Part shown: piece after piece, positions 62,280-64,000 of the stretch
How positions within the stretch are numbered: the stretch's first letter is position 1
Layout of the letters: every line of letters starts with the position of its first letter
Assembly (NCBI RefSeq): GCF_018350175.1
Contig: NC_058368.1
Coordinates: 6,696,001 to 6,760,000 of the forward strand
Source: Felis catus
Taxonomy: Eukaryota
Direction: 5' to 3'
Length of the DNA: 64,000 nucleotides
The notes under the pieces: model-generated
The model's database searches: none
The model's input: only the letters and a program-made list of their open reading frames with translations
Told to the model about the DNA's origin: nothing
Made by a program: the position numbers and the translations under genes

Positions 62280-62475
62280 GGGGTGTCCGGGTGGCTCAGT
62301 CGGTTAAGCGTCCGACTTCGGCTCAGGTCATGATCTCACGGTTTGTGAGTTCGAGCCCCACATCGGGCTCTGTGCTGACAGCTCAGAGCCTGGAGCCTAT
62401 TTCGGATTCTGTGTCTCCCTCTCTCTCTGCCCCTATCCCGCTCATGCTCTGTCTTTCCCTGTTTCTCAAAACTAA
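62280..62475 (+). mobile_element. Can-SINE (SINEC_Fc-like)
   Basis: Near-consensus body. Confidence 0.95.
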
Positions 62476-62478
62476 ATG

Positions 62479-62481
62479 AAA

Positions 62482-62554
<73 letters not shown>

Positions 62555-62615
62555 AAAGGAGGAAGAAGGAAAGAGAGAAAGAAAGAGAGGAAGGAAGGAA
62601 GGAAGAAAGAGAGGA

Positions 62616-62655
<40 letters not shown>

Positions 62656-62760
62656 GAGGGAGGAAGAAAGGAAGGAAGGAAGGAAGGAAGGAAGAAAGAA
62701 AAGGAGGAAGAAGGAAAGAGAGGAAGAAAGAGAGGAAGGAAGGAAGGAAGAAAGAGAGGA

Positions 62761-62836
<76 letters not shown>

Positions 62837-62838
62837 AA
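62479..62838. repeat. (GAAA)n/(GGAA)n polypurine tract
   Basis: About 360 bp of purines following the SINE tail. Confidence 0.96.
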
Positions 62839-62956
62839 TGCCTGAGTGGCTTAGTCAGTTGAGTATCTGACTCTTGATTTCAGTTCGGGTGGTGATCTCA
62901 GGGTCGTGGAATCAAGCCCATCGTCAGGCTCCCCCTGAGTGCAGAGCCTGCTTGAG

Positions 62957-62992
<36 letters not shown>

Positions 62993-63050
62993 TGTCCCTC
63001 TCCCCCACCCACACTCTCTCTTTCTCTCTCTCAAATCAAAAAAAGAAAAA
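62839..63050 (+). mobile_element. Can-SINE (older type), first bases missing
   Basis: TGCCTGAGTGGCTTAGTCAGTTGAG..CTCTTGATTTCAG, (CT)n, A tail. Confidence 0.9.
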
Positions 63051-63129
63051 AGAAATGCAGAATGTAATTGATAATATAATCAATATGAGCTGTGGGCCAC
63101 ACTTTAGGTAGCAAGAATTACTACCTAGG

Positions 63130-63385
63130 GGAAATCTCATCACGCAGAGCAAGGTATCTGGACCGGGTGGTTCTGTGCTGGGTGTGGTGGCTCAACGAGG
63201 TCACCAAGGGCTCAGACTTTTCTGTCTTTCTTTCATGCTGTCCTCATCTTACATTCTGACGATCAAAAGTTGGCTGTTACAGCTCCAGACATTCATCTTC
63301 CCATAACAGACTCAAAGACGCAACAAAGGGTGTCTCTCCTCACGGGGCTTTCTTTCCACCAGGGGGAGAAAAATCTCTCCCAGAA
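63130..63385 (-). mobile_element. Old MaLR LTR relic (MLT1J/K-like)
   Basis: GGCTCAACGAGGTCACCAAGG and AAGTTGGCTGTTACAGCTCCAGACAT. Confidence 0.55.
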
Positions 63386-63479
63386 TATTAATCACATCAT
63401 ATTAATTATATTCTATTAAGTATAGAATATTTATTCTATTTATTTATTATATTACATTTTTCTCCCAGAATATGTATAT

Positions 63480-63984
63480 ATTATATGTACATAAAGAGAG
63501 AGAGAGATTCCCCAATCTACCTATCTAGCAAGAGAGACAGATTGAGAGAGAGAGAGATTATAAGGAATTGGCTCAGACAATCACAGAACCTTCCCAGTGC
63601 CAACGTCTGCAGAAGCTGGAAACTCAAGAGAGCCAATGGTGTCGTTCCAGCTCAAGTCCAAAGTCCTGAGAACCAAGGAAGTCAATGGTGCAAGTTTTGG
63701 TTCGAAGGCCAGCCGGGCTCTTAAACCCAAGAAGAGCCAATGTTGCGGTTCAAGTCAGAAAGCAGGAAAAAGCCAACGTTCAAGTTCAAGTCAGCCCTTG
63801 GTTTCCATCTGGCCTCCAGTTGATGGAATGAGGTTCGCCCGCATTAGGGAGAGCCGTCTCTTTTCCTTAGTCTATGGATTTAAATGTTTATCTCTTTCAA
63901 AAACACCATTATAGAGTAACGTTTGGCCAAATACCTGGGGGCCCCATGGCCCAGGCAAGTTGACACATAAAATTAACCATCCCA
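63480..63984 (-). mobile_element. MLT2-like (ERVL) LTR
   Basis: ATTATAAGGAATTGGCTCA...GGCCCAGGCAAGTTGACACATAAAATTAACCATC is typical of MLT2 in reverse. Confidence 0.85.
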
Positions 63985-64000
63985 CCCCCCGGCAGTCCCT

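Larger units (their letters stand above)
62115..63116. mobile_element. MER5B-like hAT relic carrying several insertions
   Basis: ATGCAAATCACCAGGGATCTCGTGAAAATG, TCTGGGGTGGAGGC, and terminal GGGCCACACTTTAGGTAGCAAG. Confidence 0.6.

Noticed and set aside
1034..62479. Recurrent 'MAQSVKRPTSAQV..SSSPASGSVLTA' ORF family
   Set aside because: Reading frames through Can-SINE bodies, not a gene family.
62476..62862. 128-aa Lys/Glu/Arg ORF
   Set aside because: Translation of the (GAAA)n tract.
1..64000. CRISPR array, prokaryotic operon, or a named host gene/locus
   Set aside because: Sequence is clearly mammalian with no repeat-spacer array, and no exon is recognisable, so the locus cannot be named from sequence alone.

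Overview
This is mammalian, gene-free non-coding DNA, almost certainly from a felid: it carries about 29 tRNA-derived Can-SINEs, many of the cat SINEC_Fc type. I find no credible protein-coding gene, tRNA or rRNA. The ORF track is explained by decayed L1 ORF2, SINE bodies, simple repeats and chance ORFs in GC-rich DNA. The window is a patchwork of old repeats (L1M, L2, MIR, MLT1/MLT2, a MER76-like LTR, Charlie/MER5 hAT relics) with many nested insertions and visible target-site duplications (TSDs). Between them are AT-rich, motif-dense unique islands that look like developmental enhancers. The most striking signal is a pair of roughly 370-bp elements (about 6475-6845 and 9884-10250), 3.4 kb apart in the same orientation, which align colinearly with conserved motif blocks and nearly fixed spacing. 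They are probably two copies of an ancient constrained repeat (MER121-like, from memory) or a duplicated enhancer. Also notable are CTCF motifs that switch from reverse to forward orientation, PBX-HOX/MEIS and TCF/SOX clusters, and unexpected CpG richness in ancient repeats. Repeat family names come from recalled consensus sequences, not a database search, and boundaries are approximate.
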